63,389 bases of DNA, filler included, from Octopus bimaculoides (GCF_001194135.2; 8 parts of 6 records of this genome joined end to end with filler, not necessarily neighbours in it), one strand, 5' to 3'; positions 14,161-27,588 are shown, numbered from the whole stretch's first letter. Made by a program: numbers and translations. Notes: a model not told the origin generated them from the sequence alone.

Positions 14161-14475
14161 GTATTGGTGTTCCTTCTTAATGTATCTAAGACTATATTAT
14201 CCAGTGTGTTCTTCCTTTTCTAAATCAGTAGCATGTAATATGAGGGCAAGAGAACTACTATTTTGAGCAATTTGAGCATTCAAAAAGAAGCTTTCCCATT
14301 GGCTCTTTATGAAATTATTAATTTTTGTTCTCCAGATCAGCCCTTATCTATTATTGTCTAAAATTTTCCAGTCATGTTCGTGATCTTTCTTCTGTCAGCC
14401 ATTGTGTATCTACATATATATATTCTTATGTCCTCCTTTTTCATGTTTCAGTCATGTACACATGAACGCACAGAC

Positions 14476-14506
<31 letters not shown>

Positions 14507-14789
14507 CATCATCATCATCGTTTAACNNNNNNNNNNGCCATGTAGCATGTGTGTGTGTATATATATATATATATATAATCATCATGATCATCATCATTAT
14601 TTAGCAGCTGTTTTCCTTGCTGGCATGGGTTGGATGGTTTGGCCAGGGGCCGAACCAGATATCATTGTCTGTTTTGGTATGGTTTCTATGGCTGGATGCC
14701 TTTCCTAATGCCAGCCACTTTACGATATGTGCTCGGTGCTTTTAACATGACATTAGCACCAGTGCTTTTTATGTGGCTCCAGCTAATCA

Positions 14790-15320
14790 GAGATCCATTA
14801 CTGCATTGTATCCAAGTCTGATTGCAGGAAAGATCTATAGTGCATAGGATCCATTCTTTTTATTTTGAGCTTCAACTTGATGTCATCTGCATATTTCAGC
14901 ACTGTAACATTCCTCAAGTTGGCATCTATATCCTTAATATATGCAACAAACAGTAGGGGTCCGAGAATGAATCCCTGTGGTATACCAGAAGTCATCTCGT
15001 AAGGTGAAGAATGACGTCCTAGAACCATAACTACCTCTTTCCAACCGAGAATGAAGGACTTCAGCCAGTTATAGAGATCATCCTTCACATCCATTGCAGA
15101 GAGTTTTATCACGATTCGTTTGTGTGGCACAGAGTTGAAGGCTTTAGCAAAATCAAGGTAGACAGCATCCACCCGTGAGTCACCATCAGTAACCTGGGTG
15201 ATGTCCTCAAGAAACTTGATGAGTTGACTACAGCTGCTGGAGTTAGAGATAAAACCAAATTGTGAGGGTCAAATAAGGCTGTGAGAGCTCCAAAAGTTCG
15301 AGTCTTTCTCTGACACTGTT
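14790..15320 (-). mobile_element. CR1/L2-group LINE reverse transcriptase remnant
   Basis: QFGF..., YLDFAKAFNSVPHKR, TSGIPQGFILGPLLFVAYIKD, YADDIK. Confidence 0.9.
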
Positions 15321-15585
15321 TGCTTCTATATAAATCATCATCATATAGTGTTTACTTTTCCATACTTACATGGGTTGGATGGAATTTGTTGAAGTAGATT
15401 TTTTATGGCTGGTTGGATGCCCTTCCTGTCACTAACCCTCATCTGTTTCTAAGTACGGTAATATTTCCTATGGTCAAACATTGTTTTCATGAAAGACTGG
15501 ACATGGACATTATAGTGACACTTGTTTACAACTATCACATGATGTCAAAGCAAGACCCCAATAACACTCACATGCACATGTGCGT

Positions 15586-15620
<35 letters not shown>

Positions 15621-17526
15621 TGCAGCAAGTTTCTTTCAGTTTCCATCTACTAAACCCACCTGTAAGACTTTGGCCGGCTTAAGGGTATAGTAGAAGACTC
15701 TCACTTACCCAAGGTATCTTTTTAATTCTCTGCAGTGTTTGACACAAAGAAAAATTCTTAAGCCATGTTAATTTTATTAAACATGGCATCTTACCTGTGC
15801 TCCTGCCTCTGTTTTTTTAATCCTTACATCTCTCCCACTCCCAACGGCTTAGAAAATCCCTAGTTTCACCCCAGGTCATTGCTGATCAAACTTTCAATTG
15901 ATGACCATTCACACCATTCCAGCTGTTTTTCAGAAATTGTGTAATCTAGTAGAGTTTGTATTTGAGGAAGATTTAGCTTCTATTTCTAATAGACTGATCA
16001 ACCACCTAGAGATTGTCGTTGGCTCATTACTTGAGTAAATCCTTCTGCTGCTTTTTTTTTTTTTTCTTGTGCCAGCTTCCCTTTTTTCTGTTCTCATTCA
16101 TTCCTTCTCTTTCCCTCTCGTTCTCTACTCTCTACCTCCGCACTCATTTCTCTTCAGTCTATCTATATTTTACCGTTCTTCCTTTTTATCATCTAGAGGA
16201 ACATAAATCAATCATCCCTGATATTTTTATAGTCTCCTCCTCTCAAAGATTTGTCTACTTGCTTTTGTTCTTAGTGAAATTCTATTTCCTTATTTTTCTT
16301 TCTCTGTATTTTTTTTTTTTTTTCCTTTTTGCTACATTCTGTGTGTAGCTATCTACATCTCTCTCCCTCTCTTTTTGCTNNNNNNNNNNNNNNNNNNNNN
16401 NNNNNNNNNNNNNNNNNNNNNNNNNNNNNNNNNNNNNNNNNNNNNNNNNNNNNNNNNNNNNNNNNNNNNNNNNNNNNNNNNNNNNNNNNNNNNNNNNNNN
16501 NNNNNNNNNNNNNNNNNNNNNNNNNNNNNNNNNNNNNNNNNNNNNNNNNNNNNNNNNNNNNNNNNNNNNNNNNNNNNNNNNNNNNNNNNNNNNNNNNNNN
16601 NNNNNNNNNNNNNNNNNNNNNNNNNNNNNNNNNNNNNNNNNNNNNNNNNNNNNNNNNNNNNNNNNNNNNNNNNNNNNNNNNNNNNNNNNNNNNNNNNNNN
16701 NNNNNNNNNNNNNNNNNNNNNNNNNNNNNNNNNNNNNNNNNNNNNNNNNNNNNNNNNNNNNNNNNNNNNNNNNNNNNNNNNNNNNNNNNNNNNNNNNNNN
16801 NNNNNNNNNNNNNNNNNNNNNNNNNNNNNNNNNNNNNNNNNNNNNNNNNNNNNNNNNNNNNNNNNNNNNNNNNNNNNNNNNNNNNNNNNNNNNNNNNNNN
16901 NNNNNNNNNNNNNNNNNNNNNNNNNNNNNNNNNNNNNNNNNNNNNNNNNNNNNNNNNNNNNNNNNNNNNNNNNNNNNNNNNNNNNNNNNNNNNNNNNNNN
17001 NNNNNNNNNNNNNNNNNNNNNNNNNNNNNNNNNNNNNNNNNNNNNNNNNNNNNNNNNNNNNNNNNNNNNNNNNNNNNNNNNNNNNNNNNNNNNNNNNNNN
17101 NNNNNNNNNNNNNNNNNNNNNNNNNNNNNNNNNNNNNNNNNNNNNNNNNTTTTGTTTGTTTTTCTTTGGTGGGAAAGAGTGTGGAGTCATGCAATTTGTT
17201 TTATTTTTCAAAAAAAAAAAACACAAAAAAGTGTAAATAAAAGTTTGTTTTCGTGGACATCCAAATATTTTCTTTTATATCAAATTTCTTTCTCTCTTTA
17301 TGTACGTGTGTATATTTTTGTTTTTATTTCGCTATTATTTCGAGTCATGAGACCCTTCAGCCTCCATCCCCAACTCCCCCCGCCTCTTTCGTTTTGTCTT
17401 TGGTTGCTTCTTCCACCATACCCCCATTTTCTCATCTTTTACTTTTGTCTTTCTGGTACTTTGCCAATTTCTTTTCCTCTTCGTCTTCCATATTTTTTCT
17501 CAGCTTCTCTTTTTCATCTTTTTTCC

Positions 17527-17588
<62 letters not shown>

Positions 17589-19199
17589 CTCTCCCTATCT
17601 CTCTCTCTTTCTCTCTCTCCATTTCTCTCTTTATCTCCCACTCTCCCTCATGTCTCTCCTTCGAAATTCTTGTTTCCTTTTTTTTGCCGTTCTCTTTCAA
17701 TAACTCCCATATATTTTGTAAATTGATTATTAACAAAACAAAAGACTTTTAAATTGCTACATCTAAAAATTCAAATGTTGTTGTTATTGCTGTTGCCACT
17801 GGTGTCGGTGGTGGTGGTAGTAGTGGTGGTGGTAGTGGCAATGCTTGGCCTTAATAGAATGTACATCCCTCCATCTTAATCAGCCTCCAATTTTGTTGGA
17901 ATATTTCCATTTTGGAAATTTGATGGTAAAGTAAATATAATCTTGCTCCTGGAACCGACTATATCAAATATCTAATTAAAGCTATTTTTAATGTCAACTA
18001 GTTCATGTTTATGTCAATAAACATCGCTGCCGTCATCATCATCATCATGTCACAACACAGTATTGCATGATTTTGTTGTGTCACCAAGCTCAATCCATAT
18101 GCTTCCAGTCATATATGATTGCTCATGCTTTATTATCTATATATGAATATGCTTATTTATTAATGTGTCTTTCTTTGTGTGTATGTGTGTGTGTTGCTTT
18201 GTGTATGTGTGTCTGTTTCTTTGTGTATGCATGTGCGTGTATATAGTAATTTTATAAAGAATTTATGCTGTGCTTAACAGTACTATGTTATGTCATTTTG
18301 CATAAGAAAAAAATCCACACACACACACACACACACACACGTGTGTACATAGATACACAAAGTAAATCCATGTGTTTCTGAATTTAGGTGGTACACATAG
18401 GTTTGGGAACAACCGTGCCCCCTAAAATTTTGGCTGGGAAAAAAATCCTGAAAAACTAGATTTGCACCCTCTAAGCAAATTTCTTTGTTGCACTTATGGT
18501 AGTACACATAATGTTGCTTGGATACCATTAACAGAGTCTGTTCTTTCACCAGTATTTGGGTCAGTCTGAAGTCCTTTCTTTTTTTCTTTTGAATAAACCA
18601 TAATACATGCATGCACTCACTCAACATGAAGTTTCCATCTACTAGATTCTCTCTCACTCAGCATTGTTCATCTTGGAGTTATTATTGTAGAAGACATTTA
18701 TGCAAAGTATTGCACAGTGGGATTGAACCCAAAACCACATGGTTGTGAAGCAAAGTTCTTGATGATGGTGATAAGCACATATTTGACCATATAGTTAAAC
18801 TGTAGTTGCAATTATATGGTTCGAGATTTGATCCCAAGATGCATCAAGTCGAATTAGTGTCTTCTACTATACCTTATGATTAGAATTTGGTTGAAAGAAA
18901 ATTTTACAGAATCCCATTTTATGTATATATTCATTTTGTGTTTACTCATTTAACATTTTTTTTTTTTGCTGTGCTAGTATGGGTTTTGATGGAGAGTTAT
19001 TTGAAGTATGATTTTTACAATCAGGTGCTCATCCTGTCCCCAACCCTTACCTGCTTTACAAGCAAGAGTTTTCTTTATTTCATTGATCTTCAAGTGCAGA
19101 ATTGACTGGCCATGATGTAAAGAAGGAATGTTATCAGCACTGCTTCACTTCAGTGGTGACAACAGTAGAATATAAACTTGTGTGTACACATGCATGCAC

Positions 19200-19314
19200 T
19201 AGATGGAAACTGAAAGAAGCCTTCATGTACCTGCATGTGTATGTGTGTCAGAGAGAGAAAGAGAGAAAGAGTATGTCTCATTGCCTTGACATCATGTATT
19301 GGTTGTAAACAAGC

Positions 19315-19345
<31 letters not shown>

Positions 19346-20578
19346 CACAAGCAATGCCATTCATTTTCAACCTTATTTGATAATATGTCCGGTCATGGAT
19401 AAAAAAAAATCAAGACCTTACTCAGAAAAACAGGTGAGGGTTGACAATAAAGACATACAGCTTCAGAGAACCGCTCTCAGTGAATTCTGTCTGATCCATG
19501 CAAGCATGGAAAAGCAGACGTCAAAATAATTATGACAGCATTGATGATGACAACTGTGGCAATGATGGCGATTACTAAAAGTAACCACACAGATCCCTCT
19601 GTAGGAAACTGCTCTACCTCATTTTTCTCATAGTCATCCCCTGGCATGAAGTTGACCACCCACCTACCTCAGGGCTTGTTCTGCAAACTGCATGGCAAGC
19701 TCAATAGTGTCAGTGGCATGAAAAAAGCCTCACCTAGTCTATGCTGTAAAGTGGTTGCTGTTAGGAAGGGCATCCAACTGTAAAAGCCATGCTAAAGCTG
19801 ACATTAGAACTTGATGCAGTCCTTGAACACATTGGTTCCTGTCAAACTGTTTGACCCATGCCAGCATCAAACAGGGACATTAAATGATGATGATGATAGT
19901 GTATATATATGCTGTTTCCATGTACTAAGTTCTCTCTTTGTATTGGTCAGCTCTGGGCTATAGAGAAGATACTTACCCAATAGTTCCATATAGTGGGGCT
20001 AAATGTGAAACCACGAAGTGGTAATGTGAGGTTCTTAACCACACAGGCTTGCCCACATGTGTGTGTGTGTGTGTGTGTGTTTTAATGTTTACAATGGTCT
20101 ATAAAAAACTGGTGTTGTTATTTATGTGGTGTTCTTTGTTATTATTTACAAAATGATTGATAAAAAATCAGTACCAACTGAAATAAATATTGAGACGATG
20201 TCATTGGCTAAAACTCTTGAAGATACTGCCCCAGCATGGCCACAGTCCAATGCTTGAAACGAGCTTAAAAAAAGCAGAAGAAAAGAAAAGAATAAGTAAA
20301 TAATGTATAAATAAAAGAATAAAAAAGATGTGTTTTCAATGACAAAATGGCAAATACTGCCAAAGCTGATAAAAAAAAAAATAGTCAAAGATAATGTCAA
20401 TAGAATCAATAGTAAATATCCCAATACACTCGGCAAACAAACAAAATCTCATTGAATGTTACTATAAAGCTTTTCCATGAATATATATTTATCGTGCTAC
20501 CAGTATCACCATACTCCTTAGAATATCCGATAGCTTACCAGGATTATATAAATAAACCATGAAAAAACAAAAGTTAAA

Positions 20579-20619
<41 letters not shown>

Positions 20620-20982
20620 GACAAAAATTGTCATCGCCATCATTGCCACAGTTGTCATCATCATTGTCGTCATAATTATTTTGATGTCTGCTTTTCCATG
20701 CTTGCATGGATCAGACAGAATTCACTGAGAGAGGTTCTCTGAAGCTGTATGTCTTTATTGTCAACCCTCACCTGTTTTTCAGAGTAAGGTTTTATTTTTC
20801 TATCCATGACTGGACATATTATCAGGTAAGATTGGAAATGAATAGCATTGCTTGTATGATGATGATGATGATGAAGCTTGTTCCCAACCAATGCATGAAG
20901 TCAAGGCAATGAGACATACATTTTCTATCTCTGACACACATACACATGCAGGTACATGCAGGCTTCTTTCAGTTTCCATCTA
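19200..20982. repeat. ~370-bp inverted segmental duplication (19200-19575 vs 20630-20982)
   Basis: Arms align in reverse complement across SINE fragment, (CAT)n and RTE-type tail junctions, with scattered substitutions. Confidence 0.9.
19690..19897 (+). mobile_element. RTE-related non-autonomous element (minus copies ~14585-14760 and ~15334-15556)
   Basis: GTTAGGAAGGGCATCCA block (RTE 5'UTR-like, recalled) and ..CCCATGCCAGCAT..TTAAATGATGATGAT tail. Confidence 0.6.
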
Positions 20983-21104
20983 CTGGATCCACTCACAAGA
21001 CTTTAATTGTCCTCAGCTTGATTTGTTTGACTTAAAGCCCTTCAAGGGGTAGCTCCAGCATGGCTGCAGTCAAATGACTGAAACAAGTAAAAGAATATGC
21101 ATAT

Positions 21105-21204
21105 NNNNNNNNNNNNNNNNNNNNNNNNNNNNNNNNNNNNNNNNNNNNTTAATTAATTAANNNNNNNNNNNNNNNNNNNNNNNNNNNNNNNNNNNNNNNN
21201 NNNN
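21105..21204. other. Artificial scaffold linker
   Basis: 12-mer at 21149-21160, 44 N each side. Confidence 0.95.
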
Positions 21205-21237
<33 letters not shown>

Positions 21238-21749
21238 CTGTGTGTCTGTGTGTATACGTGTATATATGTATTCTTTCTTTTATTCTTTCACCTTTTCAGT
21301 CATTTTGACGGCGGCCATGCTGGAGCACCGCCTCTAGTCGTGCAAATCAGCCCCACGATTTATTCTTTGTAAGCCTAGCACTTAATCTATCGGTCTCTTG
21401 AGAGTGGGTGTTTTATCTACGTTCAGCAGCAGAGTGGAACTCTAAAGAAATGGCGCTGCTATTTTTTTTATCTGTCTGTCTTTCTCTCTCTTTCTCTCTC
21501 TCTCAATGAACACACACATAAACACACACACACATATATATTCATTCATGTTTCAGAGATACCTATTTTCTAACTTCTTCGTTCAGATATAAATATACAA
21601 ATTTCTTTCACATAAGCAGAGACAATCTAACAGTGAAGCCAATCGCACACGGACACAAATTCATAATGAAACGAAAATCATCTACATACCACCAAAAAGA
21701 CAACCATGCAACGCCTTGCCCTGCATTCCTTAGGGAAGAGGTTTCCTTC

Positions 21750-22080
21750 GGCCTCTACAGAGATGACGCCCTAGCCATCTCTAGATTAGCACCTTAGGCT
21801 CAATGAGTCTCAAAATGAGACTAATCTCACCACAGTAGATTTCTTAGATGCTACTTTAGATCTGGGCTCTGGTACATACAGGCCCTATCACAAGCCAAAC
21901 AAATGACTATCTTATATTAGCACAGCCTCCTCCTACTCCCTGTACTTTTCGAGAATCTATCCTCGAGCCAAGATACCTTCGAAGCCTCTGCCCCCTATTA
22001 CAATGAGGCACTGGCATCGAGTAAGTTTAAGGACTACTTCTCCTACATGCCTAGCCCTAGCATCCGGAAAAAGAAGTTCT
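21750..22080 (+). mobile_element. Penelope-like element RT/thumb remnant
   Basis: Translates to GLYRDDALAI...VDFLDATLDLGSGTYRPYHKPN...EASAPYYNEALASSKF, matching the PLE pattern GLYRDDGL/NFLDVT/Y.PY.KPN/APYYN.AL; deletions and stops. Confidence 0.8.
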
Positions 22081-22089
22081 TCAGTGACT

Positions 22090-23040
22090 CTTACCGGCGC
22101 CTAGGATCAAACTCAACTTGCCTTGTAGGCTCATAAGATCACCGTAGAGATCATATGCTGATTCATTTTGACGATTCTTCCATGAGAAGCCTTTAGTATG
22201 CATAGTGGAGTGGGACAGGGTTGTGTGCTTTTCTTTACACTCTTCAGCATTTTCTTTGCCAGTATGCTTTAACAAGATTTTGGAACATCACCTGATAGCA
22301 TCTTCCTTCATATAAGATTAAAAGGAAAGCTGTTCAGTGTGTCTCGGTAGTGGGTATCCACCAAACTATGTGACATACTGGTTTGGGAGTAAGTTTGCTG
22401 GCATCACATTCGGAGATTACCACTTAAGAGTCTGGCAAGACTTCACTTTAACTATCAGTCTGAAGAAGAAGAAAATGCTAGATAAAGGTATTGAGCATTC
22501 CTATACGATTGCCACTGACAACTGCCAGCTGGAGAGAATCTCTGAGTTCACACAACTCCACTGTCGCGGAAAACCTCTCTAGAACCTGGGATTTACGAAC
22601 GTATTAGTAGAGCAGCTGTAACACTCACCAGATTGATAAAGAGAGTCTAGAAGAATAACAAGCTAATAATGAACAAATGAACACCAAAGTCACAGACAAC
22701 AGTCTTCGGCACATTGATTTACCAGGAGTGAGTCTGGAGCCTCGATTTAGACAAGAGAAACGTCTTAGTGCTTCCCATTTATACATCCTGAAACACTTCT
22801 GAATATCAAGTGGACTGACCATGTCACCAATAATAAACCCTGTCTTTTGTCAACGTATCTAAACTTTTGCCACCCTTATGTCAGACTGAAGGAAACAGAA
22901 AGGCCTACAGTTCGAAGAGCTGTCCTCTGGGAAGCGATTATAAAGGTAATCTCATCTTTATTTTAGGGATATCTACAAGAAAGATATGAAGTCGCTGAGC
23001 ATTGTTAGTCATCGCTTACAGTGAAGGCTGGAACAATCGG
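22090..23040 (+). mobile_element. RTE (BovB-like) LINE RT remnant
   Basis: SGVGQGCVLFFTLFSIFF, FLHIRLKGKLFSVSR, FTLTISLKK, QEKRLSASHL..LNIKWTDHVTN, ELSSGKR..FRDIYKKDMK; many stops and frameshifts. Confidence 0.82.
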
Positions 23041-23525
23041 GAGTTTAAAGAGCAAGATGCAAAGTTGAGGTTTTGGTGCTAAAGAAAAGCACACTCGAAG
23101 AGAAACCAGCACCAGGACAAACTGAAATACAGTTCCTTCAAATGCAGTCACTACAGTTGGAACTGTCACGTGTGTGTTTCTACAGACACAACAGATACTG
23201 CTTTGCTAACAAGACCGAATATAGACTATCAAGATCCCAGGTTCCATGTTCCATGTCTCTGAGACTAACGGATGCCTTAGAAACACAGGGGAAAGAGGAA
23301 ATTTATGGACCATTGATAAAAAGTTCGCAAATCAAATATCCAAGATAAACTTACAGCTTTCTATCTATAATTATTGAAGCAACAGAATACGTACCAAATC
23401 GCCTGGAACAAAGACTGACTAAAAATGGGCTCTTGTGGTGAGAACGCAACTCCTTAATGTCTTAACAACAAATGATCACGATATATGGGACAGTAAAAAT
23501 CCGCAAGACCTTAAGATTTAAAGAA
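23040..23525 (+). mobile_element. R4/Dong-like (restriction-like endonuclease) LINE 3' remnant
   Basis: ..RPNI.., QGKEEIYGPL, FLSIIIEATEYVPNRLEQRLTKNGL, QMITIYGTVKIRKTLRF resemble the RLE C-terminus (KPD/KE.EK..KY/IPIIIGALG/GT.KI.K..L). Clade assignment from recalled motifs. Confidence 0.6.
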
Positions 23526-25035
23526 CGATGAACAAAATAGGTAGCCAGTCAAAATTAACTCAGAATCAACCTTTAGCATATTGTATTTTCTCTAGAATTG
23601 TTTCCCCTGCAACTGCTCTGTTACTACAAGGGAGAAAACTCATACGGTGGCATAGTGCACCTACACTGTGCTAAAGGTTAAAATGAGGAAAATATACATA
23701 CATACATAGATTGATGTGTGCATACATGCATACATACATACATTCACACACACATATACACACACACATTATCTCTCTTTCTCTCACACACACATGTGCT
23801 TTAAAAACGTGAATAAAATTTACATTAGAATCGAAAAACTTTATACGCTGAATTCCAGTGCTAATATCGCTTAAACGTTAAAATCGTTCCACATACTGAT
23901 CGCCTACACATAAATTTACGTTCTTAACCCACGACATACAACTGATGCTGCAAGCAATCACATAAAGGGACACTTAGGAAATATGACAAAAGAAAAAAAA
24001 ATCTAATAAATTAAATCAAACAGGAATAAATTGATGCTTTTAATGTTATATATGACGGACTCTGCCGTCGGTTTCAACGAGAGGATACGACAACCTACCC
24101 TTTCTTTGTTTTTGTGCTTATGTTGAATGTGACATTTGAGTGCAGTCAACGATTGGCAAAGAAGCCTGCAGATGTGGCAAGTAAGAGGTTATATATATAT
24201 CTATATCTATATCTATATCTATATCTATATCTATATATATATATCTATAATATCTCATAATGAACGCTGACTACTTGATAAATTCTTATAAAGAATTTAT
24301 CCTATATTATATTATAAATAATTAGAATATATTCAGTGCTGAATATCATTCTGTATAAGCACATGTTACCGAGATGCAACTGGATAAATTCAAATCTCTT
24401 TCAGGGATATATAATTGTGAACAAAAGTCATCGTTACTGTGATGGCTACATCGTGGTAGGTTGATTCTTGTTTATTTTTATATATCTTAACCATACGTGT
24501 ACTGATGAACAAAAGAATACAGGTTACTTCACAGTTTTTTCTGTATTTGATTGAGAAACCAGTGGTCTACCGTTGAGTTAAATGTTTTTAAGAGATAAAA
24601 TTTGAAAAGTTGCATTCCCTCGCTTTCGGTAAATATGTTACNNNNNNNNNNNNNNNNNNNNNNNNNNNNNNNNNNNNNNNNNNNNNNNNNNNNNNNNNNN
24701 NNNNNNNNNNNNNNNNNNNNNNNNNNNNNNNNNNNNNNNNNNNNNNNNNNNNNNNNNNNNNNNNNNNNNNNNNNNNNNNNNNNNNNNNNNNNNNNNNNNN
24801 NNNNNNNNNNNNNNNNNNNNNNNNNNNNNNNNNNNNNNNNNNNNNNNNNNNNNNNNNNNNNNNNNNNNNNNNNNNNNNNNNNNNNNNNNNNNNNNNNNNN
24901 NNNNNNNNNNNNNNNNNNNNNNNNNNNNNNNNNNNNNNNNNNNNNNNNNNNNNNNNNNNNNNNNNNNNNNNNNAGTCCAGTCAACGATTGGCAAAGACTG
25001 CAGGTGTTGCAAGTAAGAGGTTTTATATATATATC

Positions 25036-25088
<53 letters not shown>

Positions 25089-25721
25089 TGAATGTGACAT
25101 TTGAGTCCAGTCAACGATTGGCAAAGAAGCCCGCAGATGTTGCAAGTAAGAGGGTTTATATATGTCGCATTCAACATAAGCACTATGACAAAGAAAGGCT
25201 AGGTTGTCGTATATATATACACACACGCACATACATATATGTATATATATGTGTGAGTGTATGTGTATATATATATATATATATATACATGTATATATGC
25301 ATACACACACATATATGACACACACAAACACGCATACTAACACACGCTCACACACGTCTGTTTAACCGTGGATTGGTATTGTGTGACCCAGTTCCATGAA
25401 TGGTTTCGTAAACTAAATACTTCCTCCCACTTTACCTCCTCCCTCCAATCACATATCCATCCTGTTTAAACATCTGTCAGTTTCCTGCCTCCTACACCAC
25501 CAACGTGTGTGTGTGTGCGCGCGAACGTATGTGCGTGAGTGCTTACGTATAAACATATGTGTGTAAATTTGAGTATGATTTTAAGTGAGCGTGAGTGTGT
25601 GTGGATGTATTTGTGTTTGCGTATGTCAAGTGAATGCAGATATGTGTGCATATGTCAGTATGTGTGAATATCAAAGTGTGTTTGTGTGTGAGGAAGTATG
25701 TGTTTGAATTGTGCATATATA

Positions 25722-26127
25722 CGCCCAGGCGTGGCTCTGTGGTATGAAGTTTACTACCCAACCACACGGCCCCGGGTTCATTTCCACATCGTGTCACTTT
25801 GGACAAGTGTCTATTACGACTATAGCCTTGGGCCGACCAAAGCCATGTAAGTGGATTTTGTAGACCAAAACTGAAAGAAGTTCGTCGCCTATACACGTAT
25901 ATATCTATGCGTGTGTTTGTGTTTGTCCTCCAATCTGTTTGACAACCAATGTGGACATGTTTACGTTCTCGTAATTTAGTGGTTCAGCATAAGAAACCGA
26001 TAGCATAATTAACAGACAAAAAAAAAAATAAAATAGAATTAAACCCAGAAAGTTATTGGTGTCGATTCATCAAGAAAGTCGATCTGTCAAGGCGGTGTCT
26101 CGCATGGTCGCACTCCAATGACTGAAG
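25722..26127 (+). mobile_element. SINE family A
   Basis: Diverged head, CORE-like block and tail. Confidence 0.8.
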
Positions 26128-26439
26128 CACTCCGTCGATTACGATGATGAATATTTCACTTGATTCGATCAATGGAACATCCTGCTCGTATGATTAGCGT
26201 GCAAGTGGCTAAGTACTCAACAGACTCACGTGCCTTTAACATAGTTCTCAGGGAGATTCAATGCCATATAAAGTGTGATAAGGCTGACTGAAGCAAGTAA
26301 GAAATAAAAGATATATATTAATATATATTTATTGCTATATTTCGGGACGGTCAATTTTGTTTTTGATCAAATAAATACGCGCACTATATATTTCATTCTT
26401 CACTTCAGATTTATTATTATTCTTATCTCAGTATCCTTT

Positions 26440-26483
26440 GTCTGGAAATCTTTCGTCACACATCCTGTGATCTCTTCAGCGAC
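26440..26483 (-). ncRNA. Degenerate minimal hammerhead ribozyme
   Basis: Minus strand GUCG | CUGAAGA | G(A)UCACA-GGAUG-UGUGAC | GAAA-GAUUUC^ | CAGAC; 6-bp stem II with one bulge, near-palindromic stem III, stem I with one bulge. Confidence 0.55.
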
Positions 26484-26508
26484 TCTCCATCCCACGTGTC
26501 TCCTTCTG

Positions 26509-26552
<44 letters not shown>

Positions 26553-27356
26553 NNNNNNNNNNNNNNNNNNNNNNNNNNNNNNNNNNNNNNNNNNNNNNNN
26601 NNNNNNNNNNNNNNNNNNNNNNNNNNNNNNNNNNNNNNNNNNNNNNNNNNNNNNNNNNNNNNNNNNNNNNNNNNNNNNNNNNNNNNNNNNNNNNNNNNNN
26701 NNNNNNNNNNNNNNNNNNNNNNNNNNNNNNNNNNNNNNNNNNNNNNNNNNNNNNNNNNNNNNNNNNNNNNNNNNNNNNNNNNNNNNNNNNNNNNNNNNNN
26801 NNNNNNNNNNNNNNNNNNNNNNNNNNNNNNNNNNNNNNNNNNNNNNNNNNNNNNNNNNNNNNNNNNNNNNNNNNNNNNNNNNNNNNNNNNNNNNNNNNNN
26901 NNNNNNNNNNNNNNNNNNNNNNNNNNNNNNNNNNNNNNNNNNNNNNNNNNNNNNNNNNNNNNNNNNNNNNNNNNNNNNNNNNNNNNNNNNNNNNNNNNNN
27001 NNNNNNNNNNNNNNNNNNNNNNNNNNNNNNNNNNNNNNNNNNNNNNNNNNNNNNNNNNNNNNNNNNNNNNNNNNNNNNNNNNNNNNNNNNNNNNNNNNNN
27101 NNNNNNNNNNNNNNNNNNNNNNNNNNNNNNNNNNNNNNNNNNNNNNNNNNNNNNNNNNNNNNNNNNNNNNNNNNNNNNNNNNNNNNNNNNNNNNNNNNNN
27201 NNNNNNNNNNNNNNNNNNNNNNNNNNNNNNNNNNNNNNNNNNNNNNNNNNNNNNNNNNNNNNNNNNNNNNNNNNNNNNNNNNNNGAAATAACACACACAC
27301 TCACTCTCCCGTGCGCATACTCATGCACACGCACACAGGCAAAAATCACATACAAA

Positions 27357-27588
27357 GGCGGCGAGCTGGCAGAACCGTTAGCACGCCGGGCGAAATGCCT
27401 AGCGGTACGTCGTCTGCCACTACGTTCTGAGTTCAAATTCCGCCGAGGTCGACTTTCCCTTTCATCCTTTCGGGGTCGATTAAATAAGTACCAGTTACGC
27501 ACTGTGGTCGTTATAATCGACTTAATCCGTTTGTCTGTCCTTGTTTGCCCCCTCTGTGTGTAGCCCCTTGTGGGTAGTAAAGAAATAA
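27357..27588 (+). mobile_element. tRNA-derived SINE family C, tail type 1
   Basis: TGGCAGAACCG A box, GAGTTCAAATTCC B box, GTCGACTTT.CCTTTCATCCTTTCGGGGTCGAT body, tail ..AGCCCCTTGTGGG.A.TAAAGAAATA. Confidence 0.88.

Noticed and set aside
22882-22929. CTGAAGG...CGAAGAGCTGTC hammerhead look-alike
   Set aside because: Needs several core repairs, and the same bases are explained as RTE coding sequence (ELSSGKR motif).
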